NCBI GenBank assembly: GCA_002104905.1
Contig: MCFE01000586.1
Location: forward strand, 1 to 55,609
Direction: 5' to 3'
Source: Basidiobolus meristosporus CBS 931.73
Lineage: Eukaryota > Fungi > Basidiobolomycota
DNA: 55,609 nucleotides
Below, piece after piece: positions 34,568 to 47,297 of the stretch (its first letter is position 1; each line of letters begins with the position of its first letter). Made by a program: the position numbers and the translations under genes. Below the pieces are notes generated by a model, which saw nothing but the letters and a program-made list of their open reading frames with translations, was not told the DNA's origin and searched no databases.

Positions 34568-37500
34568 TACATCTACCACCGGTGCACCCACTAACCATGC
34601 ACATCATAATGTTCATGGTTGCAATTAGGCTGGAAACTGATCATGATCCCAAACTGAAAAGTGGGAGAACATATTGAGTCCAACTAAGAGGCTTTGAGTA
34701 GGGCAACACTTCAGCTGCTACTGAAATAGTAGAAACAAATATATGGTCTGAGGGGGATACTTCACGCTTCCAGTGTTCTCACTATTCGGCGAAGCAAAAC
34801 CAAAATCAATCTCATTACAGGTTTATTTTGATGGTATCCACCATCGCTTTAATCCAAATTAGCCGCAACAGGAACCCAGGTCTTGATAATCTTTTTTCAG
34901 GGAAATTTGAGCTCTCGCATGATATACTCCATACAAAATCAACATTACTTTTGATAATCCCAGTCGCCCTTACAATCCAGGCTCACTTGCTTAAATACTT
35001 CTACGTGTAGAGCACCAGAGACACACTATGTACACATGCTAAACTAGCTGATGAAAGGTGGGCAGTAATAATGAAGGCCAGGTGCCCGTAGGATGGTGGT
35101 ATCCTTAGCACTAGGCCATCACTCCCATCGCAAACATTACTGCCAGCAAACATTAGGTTTAAAAGGCGAAGTGGCGGCTAGGAACTTACCACCGGTCCAG
35201 GGCAGGTGGCATCCCAGAAAATCGAGGGCGTCCGGTTCACATGGTTAGAAGGTCCAACCGTCATGGGTTGGATTTGCTTGGCCAAGTCAAATGGACTTGA
35301 GAACACCAAAAGAATGGGTATGTTGTGCGCCCATGGATTTGTTGGACCAGGAAACAAACTGGCACATTTGTCGGAGTTTCGTGAAACCAACCATGAGCGT
35401 GTGCTGTGTTGGGTAGTGGAAAGATATGCACAGGGTTTGGGGCATTTGGACAACTCTGGATGCGACGATTTGCACTTCGTACCAGATCACTAGAAGGTAT
35501 TCAGAGGAATCCATGTGACCATTCTATGTGATTGGTACGAAATAGACCGCGATATTTGCTCCTGATGGAGTTTCCTGACACAGATTACTGGATAGTGCTC
35601 TGATGGGATGTGTGGCACTTGGTGTGCTCAACGTTCAGAGATTACATCACCAACAAATACGGTTCTTGGTATCCATGCTGAAGATCGATAATGGCAGGTG
35701 TTGGATTAACGAGGTAACTAACGTGCACTATATCACCCCCCTCGTATCCTCGAATGAAGTATCCAGTGTTTTGACACGCCCTGGTCGTAGAGCAGTGGTA
35801 TGTCTCTGCTGTGGGAATCTGCTATCCTTCAAGCGTGTTCAGCACAACACCTGCTTTCATTCAACTTACACCGATAGTTGTTTTAAAGGAAGGGAACTCC
35901 CTAGACTCAGCTCAAAGACGGTGGGCAGGATCACGCGATGCATAGCCTCAAACATACCATTGCAATGAGCTCATGGTTTTCAACGTGGTGGTTGGACTTT
36001 TGAGCCTTACTTGATATCACATGGCCCAGTGGCACTTGACAAAGAGTTTCCTCTGGTGGAATCAAGGCCATCGTAATCGTACTTGTCCCTAAGGAATCCA
36101 TGAAAACACTTCCATGGACCCCGACAAGCAAGCTGCCAATATGTCAGACAACTACTGCGCTGTAGACCACAACTCAGGTCCACCTGGGATCATTGAGAAG
36201 GAAAATTCCCAGCCCAAAATCATGCGGTTTAAGCAAACAATCTATCCAATTTTGCCCATGATTATCGGGATATCTTCGGTGAATTTCGGAAATATTTCCC
36301 AATCGGTGCAGACTGATTCGTATTCACCATCAATTAAGACATTAATGAACTCGTGGGGTGACAGTGTTAGGTTAGAATTTGCGCATCATCAATCGTGCAG
36401 ATAGGGGAAGGCCCGCTATGGAATGTGTGATGCGTTGTAGGCCAAAGAGGGACGGGGTGACGGTTTTGGGGAATGTCCACTTACGGATGCTGTGGAGATC
36501 GACCTAGTTAGTATGGATGTCGCACCGCTCGTTGAAGCGTAGAGCAAGTGCGGCGACACACCATCTTGCCATAACGGAGGGATGACATCCATTCGAGCAT
36601 TGTGGTTGACGAATAGCCTAGTTGCACTGTATAGACGTTTGGCATGCACAAGCATTGCACACTCCAAACCCTGACGGGCTTGGCAATTCGATGGGTGCAA
36701 TGCACCGCCTGTAACTGAGCAGGCCTAATCCGCACCACTCATGACGTGGTCGTTCACTATCCAGGCTGCAAGCAATCATCAGTCCGCAACTCGACAAAAC
36801 TGGATTCCGACGAAGCTGGATCAGCTACGCACTCGGCAGATCGTACCCAACCGATAATTATGGGAACCGGATCTAAATGAGGGGCGAGGTGCACCCAGTG
36901 CGTCCGCTGTTTTTGAATAGATTGCACAATCTGGATTTCATCTGGGTGGATGCGAAGCCCATCAGTAACCAATGCTTTTTGCCCTGATCTGCTGAAGTCT
37001 TTAGCCCTTCGAAGCCCGATATCTCTAGCATTCGCATGTGAAATCAACACCCCGTTTCCACCTAGGGAATGCAGGTGCGTATTGCAGGGCTACCTCAGTT
37101 GCGTATCCCACAACCATACCTGCCATATCTCCACCACACCTTATGGGCTGTCCATTGGGCCAGTCCTCTACGCCTACGATACCAAGATTCTCCAACGTCT
37201 AGTCCAGCATGACACGTGTACTGGGCTGTAGTTTGATAGGGTTTCCGAACCGCTCAGCGGATTGCACACCAACCCGCCAAGCTGCGTCACTGAGTCCAAA
37301 TTTTGCCATTCTCACTGGACTGGATGAATTTGCTATGGACGAGGTTAGCCCGGTGTGATTACGGCGGTTCGAGATTAAACCAGTTACGGCCAGTTACACA
37401 GGCAGATAACCCTCCCAACACCCTAGCGATGAGTGTTGAGGCCGAAACGAGCAGGGGACAGGGCATTGGACGAAGCAGCACCTCACTACCCAGCAGCGTT

Positions 37501-39883
37501 GTCGCGCAACCTCTTCGGGCGGCTTTGTACAATCAACAGACACAGATGTGATCGCTAAACACATCTCGACATGGCAGCGCAGGTGGGCTATCCACTTGCC
37601 AGGAGCAGAGGGGAAGAGACATGGCATATGATGCGTGACTAGACCGCCAAATAAGTCATATTCAGCACCGAGGAGTGAAGCATCGATTGGCTGCGGTTGC
37701 AATTGGCCATTCTGGATTGCCTCTCTAGAAACCAAGGGCTGCAGGACATTTTGGGAATCAGACACTACTTTATTATGGAAGAAATTAGGGATTTCGGAGC
37801 CAGCCGTTGGCCCAACTTTAGCCCTAATCGAGGTAATCTTACTTGTCTCAATATGTTCGGTGGAATCCAACGCAGCCGAGGCCTTCTTATCATTTACACA
37901 CAAAAATCACCGGCTCTCCATAGGGCCAGTTCCATTTAAAATGCATTTAACTATAGATGACCACAAAAACACAGATCCAACGTCGATGAATCAAAGCAGA
38001 CCTTCCTACATTCCCTTATCAGTCTGTATCTTAACCCAATCCAGCCGAAATGCAACCTTGACTGTAGGTTGGATCATAAATGCCCGATATGTAGAGGCAA
38101 TCGTGGTGTCGAGAGTTCTCTTCGTGAGTATCTGCGGCTAGGAGTCCGCCTTGGGCCAAGTATATACACCCCGCGTCTAGGTATGCTGTATATGGTTGAC
38201 GCGACAGATACAAGAGGGCTTCGCCACCGTGCTGATGGGATGACCAGAGTTACACCACAGCCATCGGGGGTATGTACTGGAGCGTTGCGCAATGGGATCC
38301 GTCTGAGACTGAGTTCAAACCCATGCCAGCGATTGGATGGCTGGCGCGGCAGCTGGCCAATGGCGGGGTGACATGGAGTATTCCATAATGGCTCTTGTGG
38401 AACTAGATTAATTAGACAATTATTTGTGCGACATTTTGTTATTTCGTAACTGATGCTTCCGAATACATCGTTTGACATTTCACCAGAAGCCAAGCCAGCA
38501 CAGCACACCTCCACTGCCGATCCCACGCAAGGCCATCGTAAGCCTGAGGGTCCCATGCCTCCCAAGAGAGCGCTCCCTCATCCGCACCCCGGCAGACAGA
38601 GCGCGGACGCCAGCCAGCAAGTCCATGGCAGGCACGCTGCCAACACAGCCGACTCCAGAGGAATTGGCTTAATTTGATAGACATATCCTGAACGCGAAGC
38701 TGGCCCAGAAGATGGGTGAACCACCCTGATCTAATCAGGCTCCCTATTTCTGTCCCCCCAAACATGTCTCTTCTCTCAGCCGTCCATGGAGTGATTGGTC
38801 CGAGGTGGTGGCAATACTTCCTCATATAGCGCGGGGGCCAGCCAACAAACCAACCATCTTCCATCGAAGAGAGTCTAAGGAGTGGTTGCGCTACCGCCGG
38901 TGATTGGCCAGGCCCGATCTCCTGGAAATTCCTGGTCATCATGTCTGAAGGCGACAATGGCCAGTTGCCGAGTTCTACACATGAGACATCCGTCATGGAA
39001 GCGGCCCGAACAAGCACGGCGAGTAGGCTTGCTGATCGTCGCTAGTGACATCGCCTGCAGAGGCGGGTCCAGGGCAACGGCCCTACGCACATCGACAGTA
39101 CGGCCTTCAGGAGCCCTTCCGCCCACCGCCGTTGCAGGCGGATGCACCCAATTCATGTCGTCTGATGGATCCAATCACTGGTTCTCAGTAACCAGAGTCC
39201 GAATTGAAATCTAGATTAGCAACGTGCATTCCTCTCCCACGAATCCATGCCTATTGGCCCAGCAAAATGAGGTTCACCTGAATTTGCCTTGTGTTGGGTT
39301 CGAGAAAAGTTTTTGGACCGGCTTCGATGATTTGTCCCCATCTGTCATTGCTATAATCGCCTATAGAATAATTAAATCGCACTGGATCATGATCATCCCA
39401 TTCGTGGTTCTGAAATGGTCCCAGTGATGCTTAGTTTCCATGTTCTAATTCTGTTCCGCTAGGAAAAGGAGTGAGGTGAGTTATGATAGTCTCGAACATG
39501 AGTTAAGCTAGTAATTCCCAAATCCGTCTTGTTAAAAATCCAATCAGTTTTGGGTTGTAAGCAATGTTTAGCCGGGAGCCAGTGAGACTGTTTGACTGGG
39601 ACAGCATTGACCCCCTGATAAGTCCATATAAATTCGGCGGCCGGCAACTTTCTCTGGTTGTCTACATGTCCATTTATTAGTCTGGTTATTCCTCACTCCT
39701 TCCTAGATTCCTTACGAGGTTTGTTTATCTGCTAGACCTAGTATTTAATCCTAGACATAACCAGTGCCTCGCAAACCCGCTTCTTACTATCAAACCTTTG
39801 TCGGCCACCACTAGACTCTTCGTAACTTCTATTTACCCAGCCCCCTCTCCTACTTCCTTCTATCCACTTCCCTCTCGTTAAGG

Positions 39884-41248
39884 ATGGAAAATCATCAAGC
39901 CACCGTTACCTTCAATAGCCCCAAAGTCACCTCTTTCCTGCAGAAGAGACGCACTCTGAAGCGTGGAGGCTTCGGGCAGGGCAGGGGTTTCAACCACCTT
40001 AGCATTAAAGTATCTGAGCCCATTCCCGAAGACGAGCCAATCTCGCTTTTTAAATACGACGACTTCTCTCCGATCGTCGATTCGTTTGTGAATTCTGCTG
40101 TTGCGCACACCCCTTCAGATGGTCAGTTCCCCTCACCGACTCCCACACCCACCTGCTCGAACTTCCATCAGCCTCAGCACCAACATCCACTCAGCCAAGT
40201 GATGAGTTCCGCCGACATGAACGATGCTGCTGGCTTATCTGCCGCCAGCACTCCCGTCTCTGCCAATTTCACCAACATTCAGTCTCCAGCATTCCCGGTG
40301 TGGTCATACGACTCTCCCATGTCGCCGGTATTCCCCTCAGGAGCCAACGACATGTATTTCGGAAGCTCCATCATGAATACCCCGAATAACCTCGCCATCG
40401 ACCCCCTCTACACCTCCATGCACTTTGCCTCCACGATACCATGCAACCTGGATTCCGACCTCGAGAAGATCGACCCAAATGTACCCATTAATCCGGAAAG
40501 CTTCACGAGCGATGGCTCCGGCAACGTAAAGCCTCCCTTCCTACTTCAAGGGGCCAATTTCATTAACGAATCCCCATCCCCCCAGCTTGTGCCCGACCAG
40601 CTCTCCCCTACGTTCTCCTCAGCACTCATGACCCCGACCACCGAGAGTTTCCCGAACATGCTCTACGTACCCTGGGAGGTTAGACTGATGGACCCCCAGT
40701 GCGGTCTTCTTGACTTCGCCACCCCACCAACACCCACCAAATTCGAGATGCCCGGTGTGTCGGACATGTCGGTCTCATCAAGCCAACCGCCATTCAACCC
40801 CGCGCTTGCCGCTCTGAGCAGCCCAACAGCAGACGCGTTCCCAACCGCCAACCCCAACGCCAACAATGCATCCCAGGTATACACCTGCACCTACCCCAAC
40901 TGCAAGAAGACATTCTCTTGCATCTATAATCTGAGATCCCACTACCGCATCCACTCCACCGAAAGGCCATTCAAGTGTGACTCCTGTCAGCAGAGCTTCA
41001 GTCGCAACCACGACCTGAAGCGCCATCAGAAGATCCACCTCGGCATCAAGCCGTATCGCTGTACCAAGTGCGACCGTACCTTCGGTAGACTGGATGCGCT
41101 CAAGAGACACACGTTGGTGAAGCGGTGCGCAGAAAGGGCCAACAAGGAGAAGTCGCTCCAGAGCACTGGAGCGTATATCGCCCCGGGACGGACAAGCACC
41201 ACCATCCAAGCGGAGAACGACAAGGTGGAGACCTCGATCTCCGCCTAA
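39884..41248 (+). CDS. C2H2 zinc-finger transcription factor, Crz1-like; intronless, 454 aa
   Basis: Three fingers: YNLRSHYRIHSTERPFKC..C..SFSRNHDLKRHQKIHLGIKPYRC..C.RTFGRLDALKRH, closely matching Crz1/CrzA recognition helices. Ser/Pro-rich N-terminus. Pyrimidine-rich leader at about 39830-39880. Confidence 0.85.
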   Translation: MENHQATVTFNSPKVTSFLQKRRTLKRGGFGQGRGFNHLSIKVSEPIPEDEPISLFKYDDFSPIVDSFVNSAVAHTPSDGQFPSPTPTPTCSNFHQPQHQHPLSQVMSSADMNDAAGLSAASTPVSANFTNIQSPAFPVWSYDSPMSPVFPSGANDMYFGSSIMNTPNNLAIDPLYTSMHFASTIPCNLDSDLEKIDPNVPINPESFTSDGSGNVKPPFLLQGANFINESPSPQLVPDQLSPTFSSALMTPTTESFPNMLYVPWEVRLMDPQCGLLDFATPPTPTKFEMPGVSDMSVSSSQPPFNPALAALSSPTADAFPTANPNANNASQVYTCTYPNCKKTFSCIYNLRSHYRIHSTERPFKCDSCQQSFSRNHDLKRHQKIHLGIKPYRCTKCDRTFGRLDALKRHTLVKRCAERANKEKSLQSTGAYIAPGRTSTTIQAENDKVETSISA

Positions 41249-43566
41249 GCCAACCCGCCCAAAGCATTGGTGGCCACCTTCCCGGTGCCATTCTTCAACC
41301 TTTTGCATTCTCACCAGAACATACGTAATTTGGATTGGTGCTTCCGGTGAATCCCCTTCTGTGCTTACATATCGCTGACCAGAGGTCATCCCCATCCCAT
41401 TCAACTCGATGGCGTATGCTGTACATAATACTTGGTCCCGCGAGGACCACCACCATATTTCTGAAGAAAGAAACTCGATGTGAATAGTGTATTCATTTTT
41501 ATTTCTTAGTGCACCCTAGATTTACTAGTTGTTTTTCATGTAGTTCATATGTAATCTTGATTCATGTAACCCAACAATCGAAATGAAGCAAGTGTCAGAA
41601 GATCACTGAGTGAGTTCGTTTCTTGAGGGAGCATCCCCTCCCCCGAGGCCCATTCCGGAACGCACACCGCGGCCTTCCTTCCTCGGCGGGGACGGGAGCT
41701 CGACGGATCTCTAAGTTGCCAAGTTGAGCTTCGACGGGTGTGGTTGCGGATTAGGGAATGAAAAAAACCGCTGCTGTGCAGTTGGCCATTTGTTGACAGG
41801 ACCGGATCGTACGTAGAATTTCCAAACGACCCAACCAGCCGACGGTAAATCCCGATCACGAATGGGCGTTCGACCATAGGGGAAGGGGAATCGATGCAGT
41901 CGGGGTGATCTGCTGTGGAAACTTCCATCGACCCCGTTCAATCAGTGACCAGTCGTCTGAAAGCTACTCAATGGATCCTATTCCATTCACGTGGTCCATC
42001 TGAAGAGCGGAAGGACACTGGCTGAAGGGGTGTGCTGATTGGTCGGTATGCCAGGAAGATCTGATGCCCTCCCGAAAGGGAATATACTGGAATCGCTTGG
42101 GTGGGACATGGATCCTGGGGGAGTTTGTACGAATGTATCAGACTGCTTCACCACCACAGGACCTTTGGGTGGGGAGAGACCGCATATTGGCTGGTGAGGG
42201 GTTCCATATCGATTTGCATTGCATGAAGCGGTCCTGGTGAGCAGATGCATATCCAAAGGTCTCAGCAGAGGTATGGTAATTTATGGCGTTTCTTACTTCC
42301 ATCCAGTGCATGATGCGGGGGCTGACCGCCATCAGTGGCATCGAGGATGCTTTCACCATCACCACATCCCGAGTCGTCGTGTTCCGGATAATGCCTTCTG
42401 GGTATCGTCCGTATCAGTGACCATATATGCCGTTTCACACAAGCGAACGAAGCCGCGGCCGGGTGAGGTTGGATCTGGTATAGGGGACGTAGTGGGAAAG
42501 CTGCTCAACGCCTGGATGCAGATGATGCTTTCACCTGAGTCACACACATATTCCATTAAATGTCGACACCCTATGACCACTAGGGTAAGGCAATCTACTG
42601 GTACTACACTTGTATTTGACACCTCCCCTAATTCGATAATCATCTTTCGCGGCCGGTATCGCGGATTCCTCGTGAGTGATCTCCTCAGTTTGTGACACTG
42701 TGGTGGTGTCCAATCCCTGCTGGATTGTGGTGAATTGAGGTGCTATATACATGATGTTTGCCCGCCAATATTTCGAAGTGTACCACAAATCCATAACGTC
42801 GCTGAAGCCGATTCTTCAGGGATCTCAACTAAGGCCTCAGCGGGACCGGATGGTCTCTAATACCAGGCGACCTCGCTGTTCGGAGAACACGTATTTATGG
42901 AGCACTTGAAACTCAGGGAAGTTCTCGCTATCTTGCAAGTGAAAAAGTTGTATTCTGTGGTGGTATGAACAGTGCATAGGCTCGAGGCATCGTGTGAGTT
43001 CTTAGATCCCAATTCAATATTTGGGCACTGCGGGCCCGCGTGGAAACCTGGACCTTTTATTACCTGTTTGGGGCATACTGAACAAGCATTAAAGCAAGAG
43101 CGTTGAGGAAGGCCCATCAAGGTATACCTTAATACTCTGGCAAAGTTCCATTCCCACCGCCCTATCAAGATTTCAAGTATTAGATACCTCTGCGCGAACC
43201 ATATTACTTCCATCCCGTTTTACGATACTTTCTACCCAAAAGTTGTAGCCATTCAGGACTTCTCATACCCACCATTGACTTGCCTGCCTTTGGCATTGAT
43301 AAGGGTTGCTACAATGTATCAAGTATTTCATCATGTGTCTCAGTACTCATCTGTCCATACATGATAGCAGTGAAGTTCATGCTCAATGGACAGGCAGTTT
43401 CTTATTGACTCCCCCATTTGAACTATTCAGAGTGTAAATAGAAATGGATATGATCAAAACATATTTTCATTTGGTGATATTTTTGGTGGCAACAAGGTGT
43501 TCACCTATTTTCCATAGCTTCATCAGGCAGCATAGGTGAATAGATGGGTAAATGGGGGGTGACACA

Positions 43567-43696
43567 TAGGGTTAGGGTTCTAGTGCTCTATTGGGAAATT
43601 TGCACATGAAGCACAATCTTGAAATATGACAAGGTCATATGAGTACAGCAACTAATATAAGAAGCTAGCAACTACTTTACCAGTAACAGAGGTAAG
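43567..43696. repeat. Interstitial telomeric seed plus the first about 120 bp of subtelomeric unit B
   Basis: TAGGGTTAGGGTTCTAGTGCTCTATTGGGAAATTTGCACA... matches 53965-54085 at roughly 80% identity, then is cut by an LTR. Confidence 0.8.
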
Positions 43697-44837
43697 TGTT
43701 GTAAAGATTTGTAATTCCACCTAAATATTCAACTAACCTAGTCACTTAAATCATTACCTTCAAGTCTCAGAGAATACTGACCAAGATCCTTGTTGGGATT
43801 TACTTGGAAAATTTCACCTAAATACCAGGTACCCAGAACATGTATATTCTCAAAGTTGTTCAAACAGCCTCAAACTTTGCACATATGCTCTTGGGATCCT
43901 TCCTAAACCTATTCTACATGTTTGTTATGCCAAGACCATGTAAAAGAATAATTTGTACTTCTAATTCAATAAATCATTAAGTGTAAGCCACATAATCTAC
44001 TTGTCCTCCCAAATCACTTCCAATATCCCCAAGACTCTAACAACAGGCTATGAGCCCTGAGCTGTCACTCTTTGCAACGTCTACCACTGCTATTATTGGA
44101 ATTTTTCCCTATGCTGAAAAGTTGGATGGATCTAACTATAAGAAAGAGGCCTTTGGGATATTGTAATGGGAAACAAATGCCCTCCTAAAAGCATGGGAGA
44201 GGAAGCCTTAAAGTACCAGAAGAAAGAACAAAGTATCTTTAACTGCATTTGCCTTAATGTCAGAGACAAATTGCCAATTCAGTGCTCAAGAGCAAAAACG
44301 GGAAAAAATGTTGTAAGAGTCTTGGATATATTGGAAGTGATTGGGAGAACAAGTAGATTATGTGGTTTTCACTTAATGATTTATTGAATGTAAAAGTAGT
44401 ATTTATACTTTTACATGGTCTAGGAGTAACAAACACATAGAATAGGTTAAAGAAGGTCCCAAGAACATGTGTGCAAAGTTTGGGGCTGTTGGGACAAGTT
44501 TGAGAATTTCCATGTTCTGGGTATCTGGTATTTTGGTGAAAATATTCTAAGTAAATCCCGACAAGGAATTTGGTAAGTATTCTCTAGGATATGAAGGTAA
44601 TGATCTAAGTGACTAAGTGAGGTGAATATTTAGGTGGAAATGCAAATTTTTACAATGAGAAATGCCTGGAAGGCATTAGAAGACACCTACCAGTCATGTT
44701 CAGTTGCAAAGAAAATGTATATTAGGCAAAAATTCTTTGCTACAAAGATGCTGCCAGGAGAAGAAATGAAGAATCTAATTAGTAGAATTACCCTGGTAGT
44801 GGATTAGATGGAATTTGTGGGCATACCAACTACTGAT
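43697..44837 (+). mobile_element. 5' part of a copia element (LTR 43697-44045, PBS 44046-44059, gag fragment) carrying a nested minus-strand solo LTR (44309-44657)
   Basis: LTR TGTTG...CAACA followed by GGCTATGAGCCCTG. The gag DNA is colinear with 12520-12940 but split by an LTR. Confidence 0.8.
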
Positions 44838-46630
44838 TGTTGTAAGAGTCTTGAAAATATTGGAAATGATTTGGAAGGACAAGTAGATAATATGGTTTTC
44901 ACTTGATGATTTATTGAATTACAAGTAAAATTTATACTTTAACATGGTCTTGGCAAGCAAATGTGTTGAATAGGTTAAGGAAGGTCCCAAGAACATGTGT
45001 GCAAAGTTTGGGGCTGTTTGGAAAACTTACCTAATTTTCATGTTCTGGGTAAATAATCTCAGAAAATCCCAACAAGGAATTTAGTCAGTTCTCCCTAGGA
45101 TTTGAAGGTATGATCTAAGTGACTAAGTTGGGTGAATATACAGGTGCAATTACAAGTTTTTACAATGCTCCCACTCAGCCAAATGCTCATACTGGCTAGT
45201 CTCAATTTTGACCCAAGTTATTCAAACTTGTCTCTAGCTAATGGTTTGGTAAATATGTCTGCAATCATCTCATCTGAAGGACAGTAAACTAAGCTAACTA
45301 AGTTATTCTTTATAGCTTCACATATTACATGATGTCTAATATCTATGTGCTTGGTTCTAGCATGGAAAGTTGGATGTCTACCCAATTGTATACTTCCTTG
45401 ATTATCTTGAAATAATATAATACTTGTTTTTTGACATAGGCATGAATCTGTAAAACGTTTTCTTAACCACATTGCTTCTTTTGTAGCTTCACAGGCTGTC
45501 ATATACTCTGCCTCTGTGGTAGAAAGTGCTACAGTTGGTTGCTTTCCTGAATTCCATGAAATTGCTCCTTTACAGTAAAGAAAGGTATATCCCGTGGTGG
45601 ATCTTCTGTCTTCCAAATTTTGTCCCCAATCTGCATCAGAGTATCCCACAAGATCCTCTTCTGAATCCTTTAAGTGTATCTTAAGCCAATATCAGCAGCT
45701 CCTGTTAGGTATCTAAACATCCACTTAACTGCTGCCATATGATCAGATCCATAGTTCTGATTATGTTAGCTGACATCTACCACTGAATATGAGATATCTG
45801 GAGGTCTTACAAGCATGATATACATCAAACTGCCATCCATAGATCAGCAAGGAAAGTCAGGGCTTTCAAATGGCACCAAGCTCTCTTGATTTGGTTGAGT
45901 TTTGACCAAGTTAAGATTTGTCTCCATTGGGATAGCTGTCAGTTTACAGTCTTCCATTTTGTACTTCTTTAGTATATCTTGAATATACTTGGATTGGCCT
46001 AGGGTAGTAGTCTGGGTACTTCTGTCTATGGAGAACTTAATCCCTAAGTAGTAACTGAGTTCTCCTAGACTGGACATCTTGAACTCCTTAGATAGGCGGG
46101 ATTTAGTCTCTTCCAATGTTGCTAGATTATTTGGCAGCTATAATAAGATCATCCACCTATAGAGCTAATAGAGCTGGATTTGCTCTGTCTGGCTTATATT
46201 ATATACTATAGTCAGCATTATTCATTTTGAAACTCAAAGATTCCAGATAAGAATCTATCTTACAATTCCAGGCTTTTGGCAATTGTATGAGATCAAATGG
46301 AGATTTTTTAAGCTTGCAGACCAAATGGGGGTAATCTTGGTCCACAAACCCATCAGGCTGGTCCATAAACACATCCTTATCAAGTCTCCACTCAAAAATG
46401 CAGTTTTTACATCCATTTGATGTATAAAAAACTTGTATTTGGCTGCAATAGCCAATATCAATCTGATGAAATTAAACTTTCCTACCAGTGCAAAGGTCTT
46501 GGTAAAGTCAAGTCCTTTTGTTTGAGAGTATCCTTTGGCCACAAGTATTGCTTTGTATCTTTCAATTGAACCATCAACCTTGTACTTTATTCAACAACCC
46601 ATCTGCATCCAATCAACTTTTGGTTGATTG
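44838..46630 (-). mobile_element. 3' part of a copia element (RT/RNase H relic, PPT, 3' LTR 44838-45167), 5'-truncated
   Basis: [55 protein letters not shown] reverse complement CTCCCACTCAGC next to the LTR. Confidence 0.88.
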
Positions 46631-47297
46631 GTGTTGTGCATCAACATTTAAAACTTGGCCAATTTCACTCTGTTAGAAAATCTAGTATCCTAACTGATTT
46701 TCCCTAACCCAAACATAACTTATCCCTGTTATGGTTCATTTTATCACTTCTCAGAATCTATTTTTAGCTGTCATACCTGATCAATATTCATGTGGTCATT
46801 ATATCCTCAACTGATCTGCCAAGCCTTTCCAAGTGATTAGTCATCTGAGATTTATCCAACCACTTGGCAGTTGCCAAGACATCAGCTGATTAATGATGCA
46901 ATTTTTCATTTATCTTATGCACCTATCAACACCCCAACAGATTTGAATTAGTCCAGTCTCTTGGCACTTACTAATGCAACTCAATCAGATAAGTATAAAT
47001 AAAGTTTACTGAACCTTTTGGTTTAGTATGTGTCTTAACAAAATTAAAATTGTGCCTCAGCAAATTTAAGAATTCAACAATTCTGTTCTAGTTTCCACCC
47101 AAGCTTAGCACATCTAGTATTACCAAGAACACCAAGCCTAGCCTGCATAGCAAACCAACTCTGTTGCCTTTATAGCCCAACTCAATTATACACAAAACCA
47201 ATATCAGACCAGAACTTCTCTGCTAATATTAGGGTTAGGGGGGAGACAGTCACCAACAGGTGAAATCTTTATTTCAGTTGAAACAAAGAAGCCAGCG

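Noticed and set aside
35178-39214. Many 60-190 aa overlapping ORFs
   Set aside because: No motifs, no consistent strand or splice pattern; as expected from about 50% GC sequence.
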